A stretch of 64,000 nucleotides of DNA from Pristiophorus japonicus (Eukaryota), in the NCBI RefSeq assembly GCF_044704955.1, contig NC_091994.1:90396001-90460000 (forward strand). The letters run 5' to 3'. Positions 1 through 12,459 of this stretch are shown piece by piece. The notes beneath the pieces were generated by a model, which saw nothing but the letters and a program-made list of their open reading frames with translations, made no database searches and was not told where the DNA came from. Each line of letters begins with the position of its first letter. The first letter of the stretch is position 1. Made by a program: the position numbers and the translations under genes.

Positions 1-428
1 GCATTTATATAGTGCCTTTCGTGACCACCGGACATCCCAATGGGCTTTATGGCTAATGAAGTACTTTTTTTTGAAGTGCAGTCACTGTTGTAATGTAGGA
101 AACCCAACAACCAATTTGCACACAGCAAGCTCCCACAAACAACAATGTGATAATGATCAGATAATCTGTTTTTAGTGATGTTGATTGAGGGATAATTGTT
201 GGCTAGGATTCTTCTTCAAATAGTTCCATGGGACTTTTTGCATCCACCTGGGAGCAGCCAGGTCCTCAGTTTTAACATCTCATCTGAAAGACAGTATCTC
301 TGACAGTGCAGCACTCCCTCAGTATTGCACTGGAGTGTCAGCCTAGATTGTTATGCTCAAGACTCTGGAGTGGGACTTGAACTCCAAACCTTCTGATGCA
401 GAGGCGAGTGTGCTGCCAACAAAGCCAC
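1..428 (-). mobile_element. tRNA-derived Deu-type SINE with L2-like 3' tail; head split by a CR1 insertion (last bases at 1870-1884)
   Basis: Reverse complement gives a tRNA-like head (GAGTTCAAGTCCCACTCCAGAG), Deu-like core and the L2-type tail ...GAAAGGCACTATATAAATGC; other copies at 30010-30420 and 33238-33607. Confidence 0.75.
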
Positions 429-1869
429 TTTTTAAAAAAGGAGGGAGAGAGAAAACGGGTAATTATAGACCGGTTAGCCTGACATCAGTAGTGGGGAAAA
501 TGTTGGAATCAATCATTAAGGATGAAATAGCAGCGCATTTGGAAAGCAGTGACAGGATCGGACCGAGTCAGCATGGATTTATGAAAGGGAAATCATGCTT
601 GATGAAGCTTCTGGAATTTTTTGAGGATGTAACTGGTAGAGTGGACAAGGGAGAACCAGTGGATGTGGTGTATTTGGACTTTCAAAAGGCTTTTGACAAG
701 GTCCCGCACAAGAGATTGGTATACAAAATCAAAGCGCATGGTATAGGGGGTAATGTACTGACGTGGATAGAGAACTGGTTGGCAGACAGGAAGCAGAGAG
801 TCGGGATAAACGGGTCCTTTTCAGAATGGCAGGCAGTTACTAGTGGGGTGCCTCAGGGCTCAGTGCTGAGACCCTAGCTCTTTACAATATACATTAACGA
901 TTTGGATGAAGGAATAGAGTGTAATATCTCCAAGTTTGCAGATGACACTAAACTGGGTGGCGGTGTGAGCTGTGAGGAGGATGCTAAGAGGTTGCAGGGT
1001 GACTTGGACAGATTAGGTGAGTGGGCAAATACATGGCAGATGCAGTATAATGTGGATAAATGTGAGGTTATCCATTTTGGGGGCAAAAATACGAAGGCAG
1101 AATATTATCTGAATGGCGACAGACTAGAAAAAGGGGAGGTGCAACGAGACCTGGGTGTCATGGTACATCAGTCATTGAAAGTGGGCACGCAGGTACAGCA
1201 GGTGGTAAAGAAGGCAAATGGTATGTTGGCTTTCATAGCTAGGGGATTTGAATATAGGGGCAGGGAGGTCTTATTGCAGTTGTACAAGGCCCTAGTGAGG
1301 CCTCACCTGGAATATTGTGTTCAGTTTTGGTCTCCGAGTCTGAGGAAGGACGTTCTTGCTATTGAGGGAGTGCAGCAAAGGTTCACCAGACTGATTCCCG
1401 GGATGGCTGGGCTGTCATATGAGGAGCGACTGGATCAGCTGGGCCTTTATTCACTGGAGTTTAGAAGGATGAGAGGGGATCTCATAGAAACATATAAGAT
1501 TCTGACGGGACTGGACAGGTTAGATGCGGGAAGAATGTTCTCGATGTTGGGGAAGTCCAGAACCAGGGGACATAGTCTTAGAATAAGGGGTAAGCCATTT
1601 AGGACTGAGATGAGGAGAAACTTCTTCACTCGGAGAGTTGTTGACCTGTGGAATTCCCTGCCGCAGAGAGTTGTTGATGCCAGTTCATTGGATATATTCA
1701 AGAGGGAGTTAGATATGGCCTTTACGGTTAAGGGGATCAAGGGGTATGGAGAGAAAGCAGGAAAGGGGTACTGAAGGATTGATCAGCCATGATCTTATTG
1801 AATGGCGGTGCAGGCTCGAAGGACCGAATGGCCTACTCCTGCTCCTATTTTCTATGTTTCTATGTTTCT
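429..1869 (+). mobile_element. 5'-truncated CR1 LINE (RT and C-terminus, in-frame TAG at 875-877)
   Basis: Motifs NYRPVSLTS, YLDFQKAFD, GVPQGSVL, FADD, RPHLEY; (TTTCTATG)n tail; AAGCCAC duplicated at 422-428 and 1870-1876. Confidence 0.97.
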
Positions 1870-3137
1870 AAGCCACAGCAGACAAACAAAAAATCTATCA
1901 ATCTCAGTTTTGAAACTTTCAATTGGCCCTCAAGAGCTTTTTGAAGGAGAGCGTGGAAGCTTTCTTGATTTTATATAAGTGCTGAAAAAAACATTGAATT
2001 CACAAAGGACAGCTAAAGATAAAAATGCAACCTTGAAACTAGACTGTTAAAAGGCAAACAAATTGAACGTCTAATTGGGGAAAAAAAGTGTTTGCAATTG
2101 TCTTATGTAGTTTAAATTAACATAATGGGCACAGTGAAATCTCGGCTTTGTTTCAAAGTGCGACAATTGGAAAAGAGATAAAAGACACTCTATGTTGATA
2201 ATGATTTTAAATTATGAGAAAGTTTCACTGCAGTAAAGGAGATTTAAATTTCGGGTTTGAAAACCTTTTCAAAATGGACGGTGCTTATCGAGGAAAAGTC
2301 CCGAACAGTCTAAACAAGCAGGGGAGGGTTTTGAAAATAACAAGGGGAAAAGATCTAACCTATGCGAACTCAGCAAAGGAAGGGTGAAAAAACTGAGAAT
2401 TAGAAAATGTTGCTGAGAGGACAATTATATAAAAAGATGGAACCGGCATGGAAATTTTTGCTTTTGTGCCAAGAGAAATAAAAGACAAGATTTGCTCAGT
2501 GAACGGGACCTTAAAAAACAAAATGCTGGAATGTATATAGCTTGGGTGAAAATGTAAAAAGTGTGGCAGTTTACCTGATTGTTCTGACTATGATTTACAG
2601 AGCTAAGAAAAATAAGCCACAGTTGCCAGTACTTTATTTTAAATTGGATTTCAGTAAACAAAATAGCTATTAAAAATGTGTGGTCTTGTTTTAAATCAAT
2701 TAAAAAAAACCTTTGGCAGATATTTGAATTGGAAGTTTAGAAAAATTAGAGTTTAATCTAAAATGCTATTTTTCCCGATGAGAATGCTTTATTTAAAGCT
2801 GATGACAGCTTTACTAATGATTTCTGCTGTTTTAACGGATTCTTAATTTCTAAGCAAGTTTTGAAGGCACAAAGACCGAAAAAATGATTACGTGAAGCCA
2901 CGTAATGACATCAGGCCTTCTTATAAACCTGCAAAGGCGTTAACCCTTTCCATTGACAGTGGTTTTATACTGGACATTAGTAATTTGGGTTTCTTAATAA
3001 AATAAATGAAATCACAAAAATAGCAGCAGAGACAAAGGGGGAGGAAACACACCCTCATGCAGCTGCCCTGATATGTTTTAGTTGCAATAAGGGGGGAGGC
3101 GAGGCCCCCAACAGGCAAAGAAGGGAGCACCCTTTTT

Positions 3138-4860
3138 CAGTATGTGGATGATATCCTTATTGCCTCCAGTACAGAACAACAACACGTACTAGTTCTAACT
3201 ACAGTGCTAGGAGCTCTACAGAGTGCAGGATTAAAAATAAATCCTAGGAAGGAGCAGTTGGGAAGGAGCGAAGTAACATATCTAGGATACATAATATCAC
3301 AAGGGAAGAGACAGATGCCTGAGGACAGAAAGGCAGCAATCCGATCAATGCCCAGGCTAGGAACTGTGAAAGGGGTCAGGCAGGGCTATTCAACTACTGC
3401 TGAAAAAACAAGCTCTCACAAGTGCTCCAGTCCTGGGATTACCCGACCAGAAAAGGTCCTTCCACATCTGTACCCACCACAGTAAAGATCATTACATGGG
3501 GACTGGCATAGGCCAGTGGCATAGTACTGTTGGGACACATACCCAGCATACCTTAGTAGAATTGCTTAACACAGGAAAGCTAAAAACGGTATCCGGCGCG
3601 CAAAGAGCAAGGTGGGAAGCAACGCTCTTACCCCCTCAACGGGACGGTAACAATAAAAGACAACTGTAACAACCCTGCAGGATGGATCATTACGCAGGGA
3701 GACGAGCATCAGTGTAGCCCGACAGGAGAAGACGAGGGAAGTAGTCAGACTTGAAGAGCCAGACATAGATCTATACGTAGATGGGTCTCGGCGCTATATC
3801 AATGGGACACCACGGATGGGATGAGCCGTGGTAGATTGCAGCGGACAAGTTAGAAGGGAAGGACAGCTAGAAGGGGGCTTATCAGCTCGAGTGGCTGAAT
3901 TGGTGGCTCTCACCGAGGCTCTGAGGATGGCTAAGGGAAAAAGAGTAAACATCTATAGACAGTCGGTATGCTTTTGGAGTAGTGCATGATTATATGATAG
4001 CCTGGAGAAGACGGGGATACATGACCTCAGGAGGAGGGTCAATTAATCATGAGGGGATTGTTAAAAAATTAGTGGAAACCTCCCTCCTATCCCAAGAGTG
4101 TGCGATAATTACCGATCAACATCAACAGGGGCCGAACAAGGGACTGGCGGGATATGGAGGAAAGATGGGAATGTAGTGGCTCCAGAATATATCCAGGGGA
4201 GCCTACAAAATTATACCATGGGTATGTCCATACAGGTAGAACCAACATGATAAGCTCGATGTCCAGATGTTGGTGGTGGAAGGGAATGGATAGAGATATA
4301 GAGGACCACTGTAGAAGGTACCTGACATAGGCAAAATACAACCCAGGGGGGAAAGTAAAGGTCAGAATGGGACATCAGCCCCGGCAGGAAGGACCCTGGG
4401 AAAACTTGCAGATAGATCTTACTGGACCGTTACCCAGCAACAAGGGGAAGACATACTGCCTAGTGATAATACCCCGATGGGGAATGCCACTACAGCTGGA
4501 CTCAGATCAAGGTACACACTTCACAGGGAAGATAATGAAACAGGCCTGCGCTTTACTAGGGATCAGGCAAAAATGAGATTGCCAGAAGTTGTTACAGGAA
4601 GCGAGGACAAAGGACCTGATAAAGACAGGATATGGAGGTTTGTGATGGAACTCTGTAAGCAGTTACATGACTTAAAAGCACAGGCTAGAGATCAGCAAGT
4701 AATCAAGGACTTCGAGAACGACACTAAGGAACAGAAGATCCAAATACCCCAAAGGGACCAATCAGGTGATGGTGAGGATGGTAAGCGCCTGCGTAGTTAT
4801 AAGGGGTATCTGCAAGTGGAAACACTGGACCCAGTTAAAAAACCATGGTCACTAACTAAC
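3138..4860 (+). pseudogene. pol: ERV pol remnant (RT C-terminal part, RNase H, integrase)
   Basis: ORF pieces 3144-3485, 3982-4176 and 4367-4576 carry retroviral RT/RH/IN motifs in order; stops, frameshifts and internal deletions. Confidence 0.9.
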
Positions 4861-4893
4861 AGGTGACAACCGGGAAATATTGTTTTTTTGCAG

Positions 4894-6400
4894 GACTCTA
4901 GTGCTCATGGAAACAATGTGGGGTAACGCAGCCTCATATCAAGGGCAATAGACTGAGGGACGGCAAGGCCTATATTACAGGGACTCGGGTGACATTAGTT
5001 TAATAAAGTATCAAAAACACTGATGGTGATGGATGGAACAACAGTAGACTTAAATAACGGGCATAAAACAACGTAACGAGGAAACAAAACAACATTGGGG
5101 ATGGGCCAGTAATACGGGACCAATAATTCGTGGGAATAAGACCACGGTGTGTTTTATAATCAGGAGGGACAGAGATACTGCACCCGGGGGAAGGGAGTGC
5201 AGATTTCACTCAACATCTGAATGGTGGTGGAGGGATATCTCCCGCGATAGACCCACCAACACGGCCCCACCCACTACTTTAGCAACAGTGAGCACTACCA
5301 GGGCCCTGACCATCACACCCCCAGTGCCACAAACGTGTCCAACTATGAACACTGGGCCAAAAGGCAGATCAAGGATAAGATATACTTCGGGGTACACCAG
5401 TGAATAATTACTGTATTCCTAAATTTAACAGACTTAAAAATCCCCAACTTCTGCGGGTTAAACACTATAAGCCTGTATAAAAACCTGACCCTACGGGCAC
5501 TTAAAGGCCCTGAATCAAAAACCATGACAGATGTGGAAAGAGGGTCAGGTAAAAAGCAGGACCAGGGAAAAAGAGGGATACTAGAAATGGTAAGTGCGGG
5601 ACACGCGGCAGGATACACGGCGGGAGTTGTGACGGTAAACACTATAGATGATCGACTTGACACTCTAACACGAACCTCACGGGATTGTTGGAGAGAAATG
5701 TAGGAGAAAGTCACGTGCGGTACCATGACAATCCAGAAATGTATTGAAGAGAGCAACGGTACTAAGAGTCTCAGCATAGATGATTGTTATAAAAATAACC
5801 AAGTTGCTTTATGTCGAGATCCACTACGAATGATCAAAGATGACTGTGGCTATGACCAAGTGGACGGGTGCTCCTTGAGTATCACCCCCCCAACACAGGA
5901 CTACGAAATTATCGCTGTTCCACGAGGAAATGGAGATTGATGTGTGAACATCACGGCAACTGAAATTAAGAAAGGAACACCTCATGCACCATTATGGATA
6001 CTGACTTCTGGTTTACTCCGCTTGACAAGACAGGTATAAACGGGTTTATTATAACCCCTGAACTAAAGAAGGAAATCATCGATGGTGGACATTACCCGAG
6101 GAGGTTACGCGAAGGCCATTGGGCCGCAAGGTAAACTGATACTCGAACTGAATGAGGAACAAACTCGACTGAATTGGACACAATGGAAGACAATTCGACA
6201 ACATAGAGAAGACCCCAGGTGGAGGAAAGATAGAAGAAACAAAGGATACCCCAGGCGAGGCATAATTCGAACACCGAGAAAATGTTGGCTAGAAAGGACT
6301 TATACATGAACTATGCTGAACTAAATGCACTGGTTGTAGTGCCAGGGAACTCATCTTGCTAGTATTATCCTGTAAAAAATGTAACTTTCGTAAGAGGCAG
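4894..6400 (+). pseudogene. env: ERV env remnant, apparently F-type class I fusion glycoprotein
   Basis: Splice acceptor TGTTTTTTTGCAG ending 4893; QGKR|GILEMVSAGHAAGYTAGVVTVNTID (cleavage site plus fusion peptide, 5563-5648); Cys-rich block 5725-5960; hydrophobic stretch near 6325-6375. Confidence 0.7.
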
Positions 6401-6625
6401 GCCCTAGCCTGTACTATAGTGAAAACATTGAATAAAGGGAATATAGACAGTCCGGCAGAAAGGACTTATTTAGTATAACCTTGATGGGAAAGCCAACAGG
6501 TAGGTCCTACAGCTTGGGAAGTAGCGCTACCCAAGCGAAAGGACAAGCCTGGAAGCTCACCCATGAGGAATTAATTGGGAAATGGCCTGTCTTGGGCATA
6601 TAGTCAAGGGCCATAAGGGGGGAAT

Positions 6626-7291
6626 TGTAAGGGATATATAGAATTGTAGCAGGCAAAGAGCAGACAGATAGGTGGTCAGAACACAATGCTGAAGGTAGTG
6701 AACTAATCAGTATTAGGAGGGTCTGAGGAATTGCCTATGTATGTAACACTTGCTTATGTAGGTATAGCACACTTATAACACATTAAAACTGTATGGTTAA
6801 CCTTAGTAACACTTAAACAGTCAAAGTCAGCAGTTGCAAATTTTGATTAGAAGTCTCTGAGGAAGAGATAAGAAAGCCAGTATTTTGGGAACAGTTACTT
6901 CAGGCGACAGACAAACTGTGGCAAAGTGCAAATGGTGGAACAACACAATTAACATATGATGGGAGATGGACAATTGCATGTACCACTCAGAGCCAGTCTG
7001 ATCAGAGTCGACAAATCAATGTAACTCCGCTGATAGCAATAGACCTATCGATGATTTTGTAGGAGGGTAGCTCCTCTCCAAAACCTGTATAAATGATACT
7101 CGAAACCTCTTGTATTTTGAAGGTTCCACGATTGAACCCTCCCTTGCATTTGCTCGAACTAAAGCCGGTTGAACCCAAGGTTTTGTTTGTATAATTCCAT
7201 GGTCATTATACGGAGGGTGAAGGGCGAGGTGTTGATTAGCTGTCTCAGGTAGTCCACCCCGAGGAAGAGAAGCCTTCTTTTTACCTCAACA
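6626..7291 (+). mobile_element. ERV 3' LTR (666 bp)
   Basis: Begins TGTAAGG right after the PPT, ends CCTCAACA; TATAAA at 7088-7093; variant poly(A) signal ACTAAA at 7158-7163. Confidence 0.8.
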
Positions 7292-7438
7292 TCATCTGAA
7301 AAACATCTCCAACAAAGCAGTATTCTCTCAATACTGTATTGAGTGTCAAGCCTAGATTATATTCTCAAATTTGGAGTGGGTTTGAATCCACAACTTCTGA
7401 CTAAGAGGTGTGAGTGCTATCATCAGTCAAACTGACAC
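7292..7438 (-). mobile_element. 5' half of a tRNA-derived SINE abutting the ERV LTR
   Basis: Matches the head of the SINE at 1-428 (GGAGTGGGTTTGAATCCACAACTTCTGACT). Confidence 0.7.
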
Positions 7439-7794
7439 CAACTCAGAAAGACTTCCGATACGGCCTCAGTTGGAAGGTGCTATTGGATCTTTGTCCCCAC
7501 CCTAATGTAAATGATCAAACAGAGTTTAATGTGTTCTGAGTAGGTGCCAAACTCCAACTTAAAAGGCAACTACAAGCTAGTGCAAGAAAAATGTCTCCGA
7601 AAGCTCTATATTGCTTTACCTGAGATAAAGTGAGGATTGCTTTAAATAGCATGAGAAATAACTGCCGCAGGACTTGTATCGCCCATGGTTGGTGGGTGGG
7701 GAGCAAGCAGTGATGCTGTCATTTGACCCTGATTTGAAGTAATTCATGAAGTTCACGCCTGCTTCAGATGGGAGCTCTGGCTTCCAGGATTAAT

Positions 7795-8579
7795 GGGCCC
7801 AAATTTCCCCATGAGTTGCACCGTTTTTTTTGGTGTAACTTGATTTTTCTGGTATATCTTTTTAATTGAAAATATGGTCATTTAATTTGCGTCAGTGTAA
7901 ATGAGTTAGTTAGGTTTTTTGTTAGGTCGTTTTTTTTTCAAAAGGGGGCATTCCCAGCCACTTACACCATTTATGACAATTTGGTCAGAAAAAGTTGTAC
8001 TAACCTAACTTAGGCCAGCGTATGTGTCCACTTTTGTCCGCACAGAAAGACCTTACTTAGTTAAGGAATCGATGCAATAACTGCATTTAAAGCACCAAAC
8101 AAAGCACAAAAAGTAATAAGCAATTAATTAACAAATAAAATAGAAGGAACCCTGCACCTAAAACACCAAAATCAATCGGTAAATAACAAATAAAAAATAG
8201 AACTCCTACCTTAGGAAACGCAGTAGGCCGCCGATGAGGGAGCCCATTCAGCCAGGGCTAGGGACACCGTGCTTTGGCCCCTCCCACACAGCCTGCAGCG
8301 CGCGTTTGCTGAAACGGCCTGCCAGGAGCTACTGCACATGCGCGCAGACGCAACAGCGCATGTGCAGAGGTCCCGGCACTGTTTTCAGCGCCGGGACCTA
8401 CTCCGCCCCCCCCCCCCTATCTTTCTTCTGCGCCACGCCAGCTCCACAGACGGCCTGAGAATCGGCCATGATCGGACGGATTTTTTTTGCCGCTGCTTCT
8501 GATGGGTTGGTGGGTTGGTAAAATGTTGGTGGGGGGCTCTGAGGTGCGCCGAAAAAACTGGAGGGCCAAATTTGGGCCC
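7795..8579. mobile_element. Non-autonomous DNA transposon (PIF/Harbinger-like MITE)
   Basis: Terminal inverted repeats GGGCCCAAATTT...AAATTTGGGCCC; 3-bp duplication AAT at 7792-7794 and 8580-8582. Confidence 0.8.
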
Positions 8580-8739
8580 AATGTCCCCAGGAAAATCAGA
8601 CAGCTGTAAAAGCAGTGGTAAGTGGGTATGAGGAACAGACAGTTTACTTTCACCCCCAAGCACCCCATTTTTGAGTGCAAATGGGGTGGTAATAAGAATA
8701 TCGTCACTTTGTGGTTTAGCGTGCAACAGGCTGTAATGC

Positions 8740-9460
8740 AGCTTTTGAGGGGATTCCTGTACGGGCTACTCTTGCACTCCTTCCATTTTGCCATCCTTGT
8801 CTGCCATCCGGACACGCCATGGCGCACCATCTTGCCATCTGGAGGAGGTTGTGGCCCCAATGGAGGGCTCTCTATGCGGGAGTCCTCCCGTTATCTATTG
8901 GGGACTTGGCTGGAGGGTGTGGCACGAGGTAATCCTGTGCAATAAATTTTTAAGTCGGTTCACGGACTCCCAGGTCGCCTGCAGTTTCTGCGGTCTGGAG
9001 GAGTCAGTGTTCCATGTTTTTATAGAACGTGCGAGGTTGCAGCCCCTCTTCCATTATTTGAAGGGGCTGCTCCTCGATTTCAGGTTGCACTTCAGTCCCA
9101 CGCTCCTGATCTTTGGGCATCCTGTGCGGAGGAGAGGGGGCAGTTCGGTGAATCTCCTTGTAGGACTGCTCCTGGGCTTAGCGAAGGTGGCCATTAACAG
9201 GTCCAGGCAGCGGGCGGTTGAGGGGGTCGTTCAGCTCGACTGCCTGTCTCTCTTACGTGGCTACGTTCATGCCAGGGTATCCCTGGAGATGGAGCACGCG
9301 GTGTCCACTGATATGCTTGAGGCCTTCCGCGACTGGTAGGTACCGGAGGGACTGGAGTGCAGTATCACCTTCGGCAACCAAATTCTAATTGTTTTTCTAG
9401 TTGTTGTGCTGCTTTAACAATGGGGGGCACTTGGTTAATTGTATGATTTAAAATAGTTGT
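8740..9460 (+). mobile_element. Tx1/L1-group non-LTR retrotransposon 3' fragment
   Basis: C-terminal CSFCGLEESVFHVF zinc-finger motif and LLLGLAKVAINRSR; similar copies at 21357-23800. Confidence 0.8.
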
Positions 9461-11019
9461 AATGCAGCTGTTGTAGTCATAGAGACAGCTCAATGCACTC
9501 CAGGTGTAAATTAATCATTCCATAGAATCACAAGAACTAAAAGGCTCAGTGGACGTGTTGGTCTTGATCACAGTTCAGCCATATTTACTTACTAAAGTTG
9601 AAATGCTGAGATGGCCAATACTGTCAGATAAGAAAGACTACAAGCCAGGATTGTAACCACTTCCTTGCCCGATTCTGCAAGCCGGTGCTTCAATTGTTGC
9701 ACAGCCACAGGTTGTGGCGGGAGACAGTTTTATCCTGGGTTCGAATGTACCCTGAATATCAATGGATTGTTCGGTTAATTATTAACTTGGCATTTGCTCC
9801 TGTTGCTCTTTATAGTCCTGTGACATTCAGTCCCGCAGGACCAGGAAACATCGCAAAACATTGACTGAAATGCTTCAGTGAACAAGAATGTTAGAAGTTG
9901 TGAATACAGAGCTATTGTGTGTATAACCTCAGCATTACCATAACTGTAACTCTCCATTATTTTTTCCACTATTGTCTTTACAAAGATGACTTACAATATG
10001 GTCATGTGCAGGAATCAGACATGAATATGGCTGAAACTTCCAGTCATTGCAGTCTACAGGGTGAGAAGGGCCCTGCAGAGCTACGATAGATAGTATGCTG
10101 ATATGCACAAAGTGGTTATGTGTAGACCTCCAGTACTGATAAATGGATTTATATTCCAGTTAATAAAAGTACTAAGTAAGGCTACATGTGCTTTTAATTA
10201 TGAATGAACCAGAAAGTATATCCAGGCAGGGAGGCCTCAAAAAGCAGAAAGGTGTCGCCACCCTTGAACCAAGTTTCAGTCAAAGCCAGGATGCTGGTGC
10301 ATTCATTCACAATAAGGTTGTGTTTGCTACAGACTGTGTTCGATAATGAATGAACATCATGAAGGGAAATGTGTAGAGGAGCGGATTTGTTGACTTGCTG
10401 GCAGAGTCCAAGGTGTGTGAGATGAATGGAACGAACACATGGGGTAGGAAAGATCGTGAGACAGGTGGATCTGGCACTTGGGGTTGCTGCTCATAAGAAG
10501 GCAACAAAGGATGCCTCAGTGAACCCTTTGGTTCAATACCAAAGATAGATGTGGACTTATTCAAGGTGGATTCAAGTCTTGAATAGTGGCAGAAGTGTAA
10601 AAAGATGGAGAAGTAGTGATGGATTGGAATTAGGGGGTAAAGCAACCAATGGGGGTGAAATGAAAAGTGGCATGACTGAATGACTGGACGGGGAGGAGAT
10701 GGGAAAGAATGGCCCAAATAGGAGCCAAGAGAAAAGAAGAGAAAGGAAGAAAGAACTAATGGGCTTAGGTCTGGAGCAGCAGCCAAAATGCATATGTGAA
10801 TGGACACCGAGGCATGGCAGAGATTAGGAGAGACATATCCTGGTCATAAACAGAAGGCAGGGAGTTTTACGCGCTGCTGCATTACAGCACCAACATAATA
10901 CATTGTTCTAACCACCATAGGAAAGGCAGTTGTATTTACTGTAAGGTTGGTTTGGCATTGTCCAGAAGTTTGATTTGTACTTTACTATGTGCTGTACCTT
11001 TGACATCTTTTTTATCCTA

Positions 11020-11145
11020 CCTCTGTGACCAAGCTTCAAGCTTCTGCTCACCTGTCCTAATATCTCCTCATGTGGTTCAGTATCAAATTTGCTTTGATAA
11101 TGCTCCGATATAGGCTTTATATAAATACAAGTTGTTGTTGTTGGT
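11020..11145 (+). mobile_element. L2 LINE 3' end
   Basis: Tail TATATAAATACAAGTTGTTGTTG shared with other L2 copies here. Confidence 0.65.
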
Positions 11146-11469
11146 GAGATGATAGGTAAATGTCTAAATTTAAAGTCTGGAATCTTGTGGTGGGATGAAA
11201 TTGGTGTCTAAATGTGGCGGAGTCAGCTTGGAGCTGGAAATACCGCCTCCCATCTTGTACTGGGCAAGATTGGTGGGCAGGAGTAGGAATTGTGGTAGTC
11301 AGATGGGCAGAGATGAAAATGGCATTGGGGTCTTAATTGCACCATTGATCGTTAGTTGCATATATATATATGAGGCTTCCGCCTAATTCGACAGGAGCTG
11401 CAGTCACCAGGCCCACCTGAGAACCAGAACCGATGTCAATGCAGCGGTAAGTTGGTACAACTACCCACC

Positions 11470-11612
11470 GCTTGATATTGGTTCCACTTTGGCTGCCACG
11501 TTTCCCACATCACAACAGTGACTACACTTCAAAAAGTACTTCATTGGCTGTAAAGCGCTTTGGGACATCCGGTGGTCGTGAAATTCGCTGTAGAAATACA
11601 TGTCTCTTTTTT
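11470..11612 (+). mobile_element. Deu-type SINE 3' fragment within a degraded MITE-like repeat (about 11175-11666)
   Basis: TTGGCTGTAAAGCGCTTTGGGACATCC tail as in other SINE copies. Confidence 0.6.
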
Positions 11613-12254
11613 TCTACCGCCCCGTTTTTAAGTGCAAACAGGGCAGCAGCAACACAAAATTATCCCATACTATGATAACTTCACCAAATCTGTTCACAAT
11701 TGGATGCTCAACGATTTTATTGAAATATTTCAACTGTGATAACATTCAGTAATCTGCATTGTGGCTGATCCCAGCATGATTAACTGGGACTTGGATGTTG
11801 CCCAATGAATTTGAAGAGGGCGAGTCTATTGCAGACACAGTGATTGAGCTCAGAGCCAGCTTCTTTGATCGTATTTCTTTACGAACAATGGAAACGTCAG
11901 GTTTCCACGGAATGTGAAATGAGCTGTGAAATGAGCTGAGCCAGGTCATGGGGAAGGGTAAGGGGGAGAAATTTGGCTGGTACCATGTTCACCCTTAACT
12001 GTTCCCTTAGTGTTCACAAATGTTTTTCTTATTGCTTTGAATAAAGCCATGTTGTGTTTGATTTCCACATTAATATCTGAACTTCTGTAAGGCCTACGTC
12101 CATCATCTCAGCGATCAGGGGACGTGTCTGTGGAATATTTCAGCGAAGAGGTGCAGATGGGAACCAACCATCATCAACATGCAGAGGATCAGAAAGATGC
12201 ATTTAAATACATGGAAGGTGCTTTAATGTTCATGCACTTCAGGGTCTCATCGCC

Positions 12255-12459
12255 AAGAGCATGCAGAAACCAAGGGCAGGCAGTGGAAGGAGCGTGCGGC
12301 AAACCAGTCCCACCAACCCTTTCCCTCACCGACTGTCTGTCCCACCTGTGACAGAGACTGTAATTCCCGTATTGGACTGTTCAGTCATCTGAGAACTCAT
12401 TTTTAGAGTGGGAGCAAGGCTTCCTCGATTCCGAGGGACTGCCTATGATGATGATGATG
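12255..12459 (+). mobile_element. RTE LINE 3' end
   Basis: C-terminal CPTCDR motif; tail GAGGGACTGCCT(ATG)n. Confidence 0.85.

Larger units (their letters stand above)
3068..7291 (+). mobile_element. Degraded, multiply deleted endogenous retrovirus (gag remnant, pol, env, PPT, 3' LTR); no 5' LTR in window
   Basis: CFSCNKG zinc-knuckle start at 3074; QYVDDIL at 3138-3158; RNase H LYVDGS / AELVALTEAL / DSRYAFGVVHDY; integrase GPWENLQIDLTGPLP and LDSDQGTHF; PPT AAGGGGGGAA before the LTR. Confidence 0.9.

Noticed and set aside
353-877. ORF with a novel N-terminus fused to RT
   Set aside because: Chance read-through from antisense SINE into a truncated CR1; stops at 875
9816-10185. Plus-strand terminal exon candidate (SCDIQSRRTRKHRKTLTEMLQ*, AATAAA at 10162)
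   Set aside because: Single acceptor, no recognisable product and no partner exons
10330-10860. Possible endonuclease-like or host coding remnant
   Set aside because: Too degenerate; no motif could be confirmed
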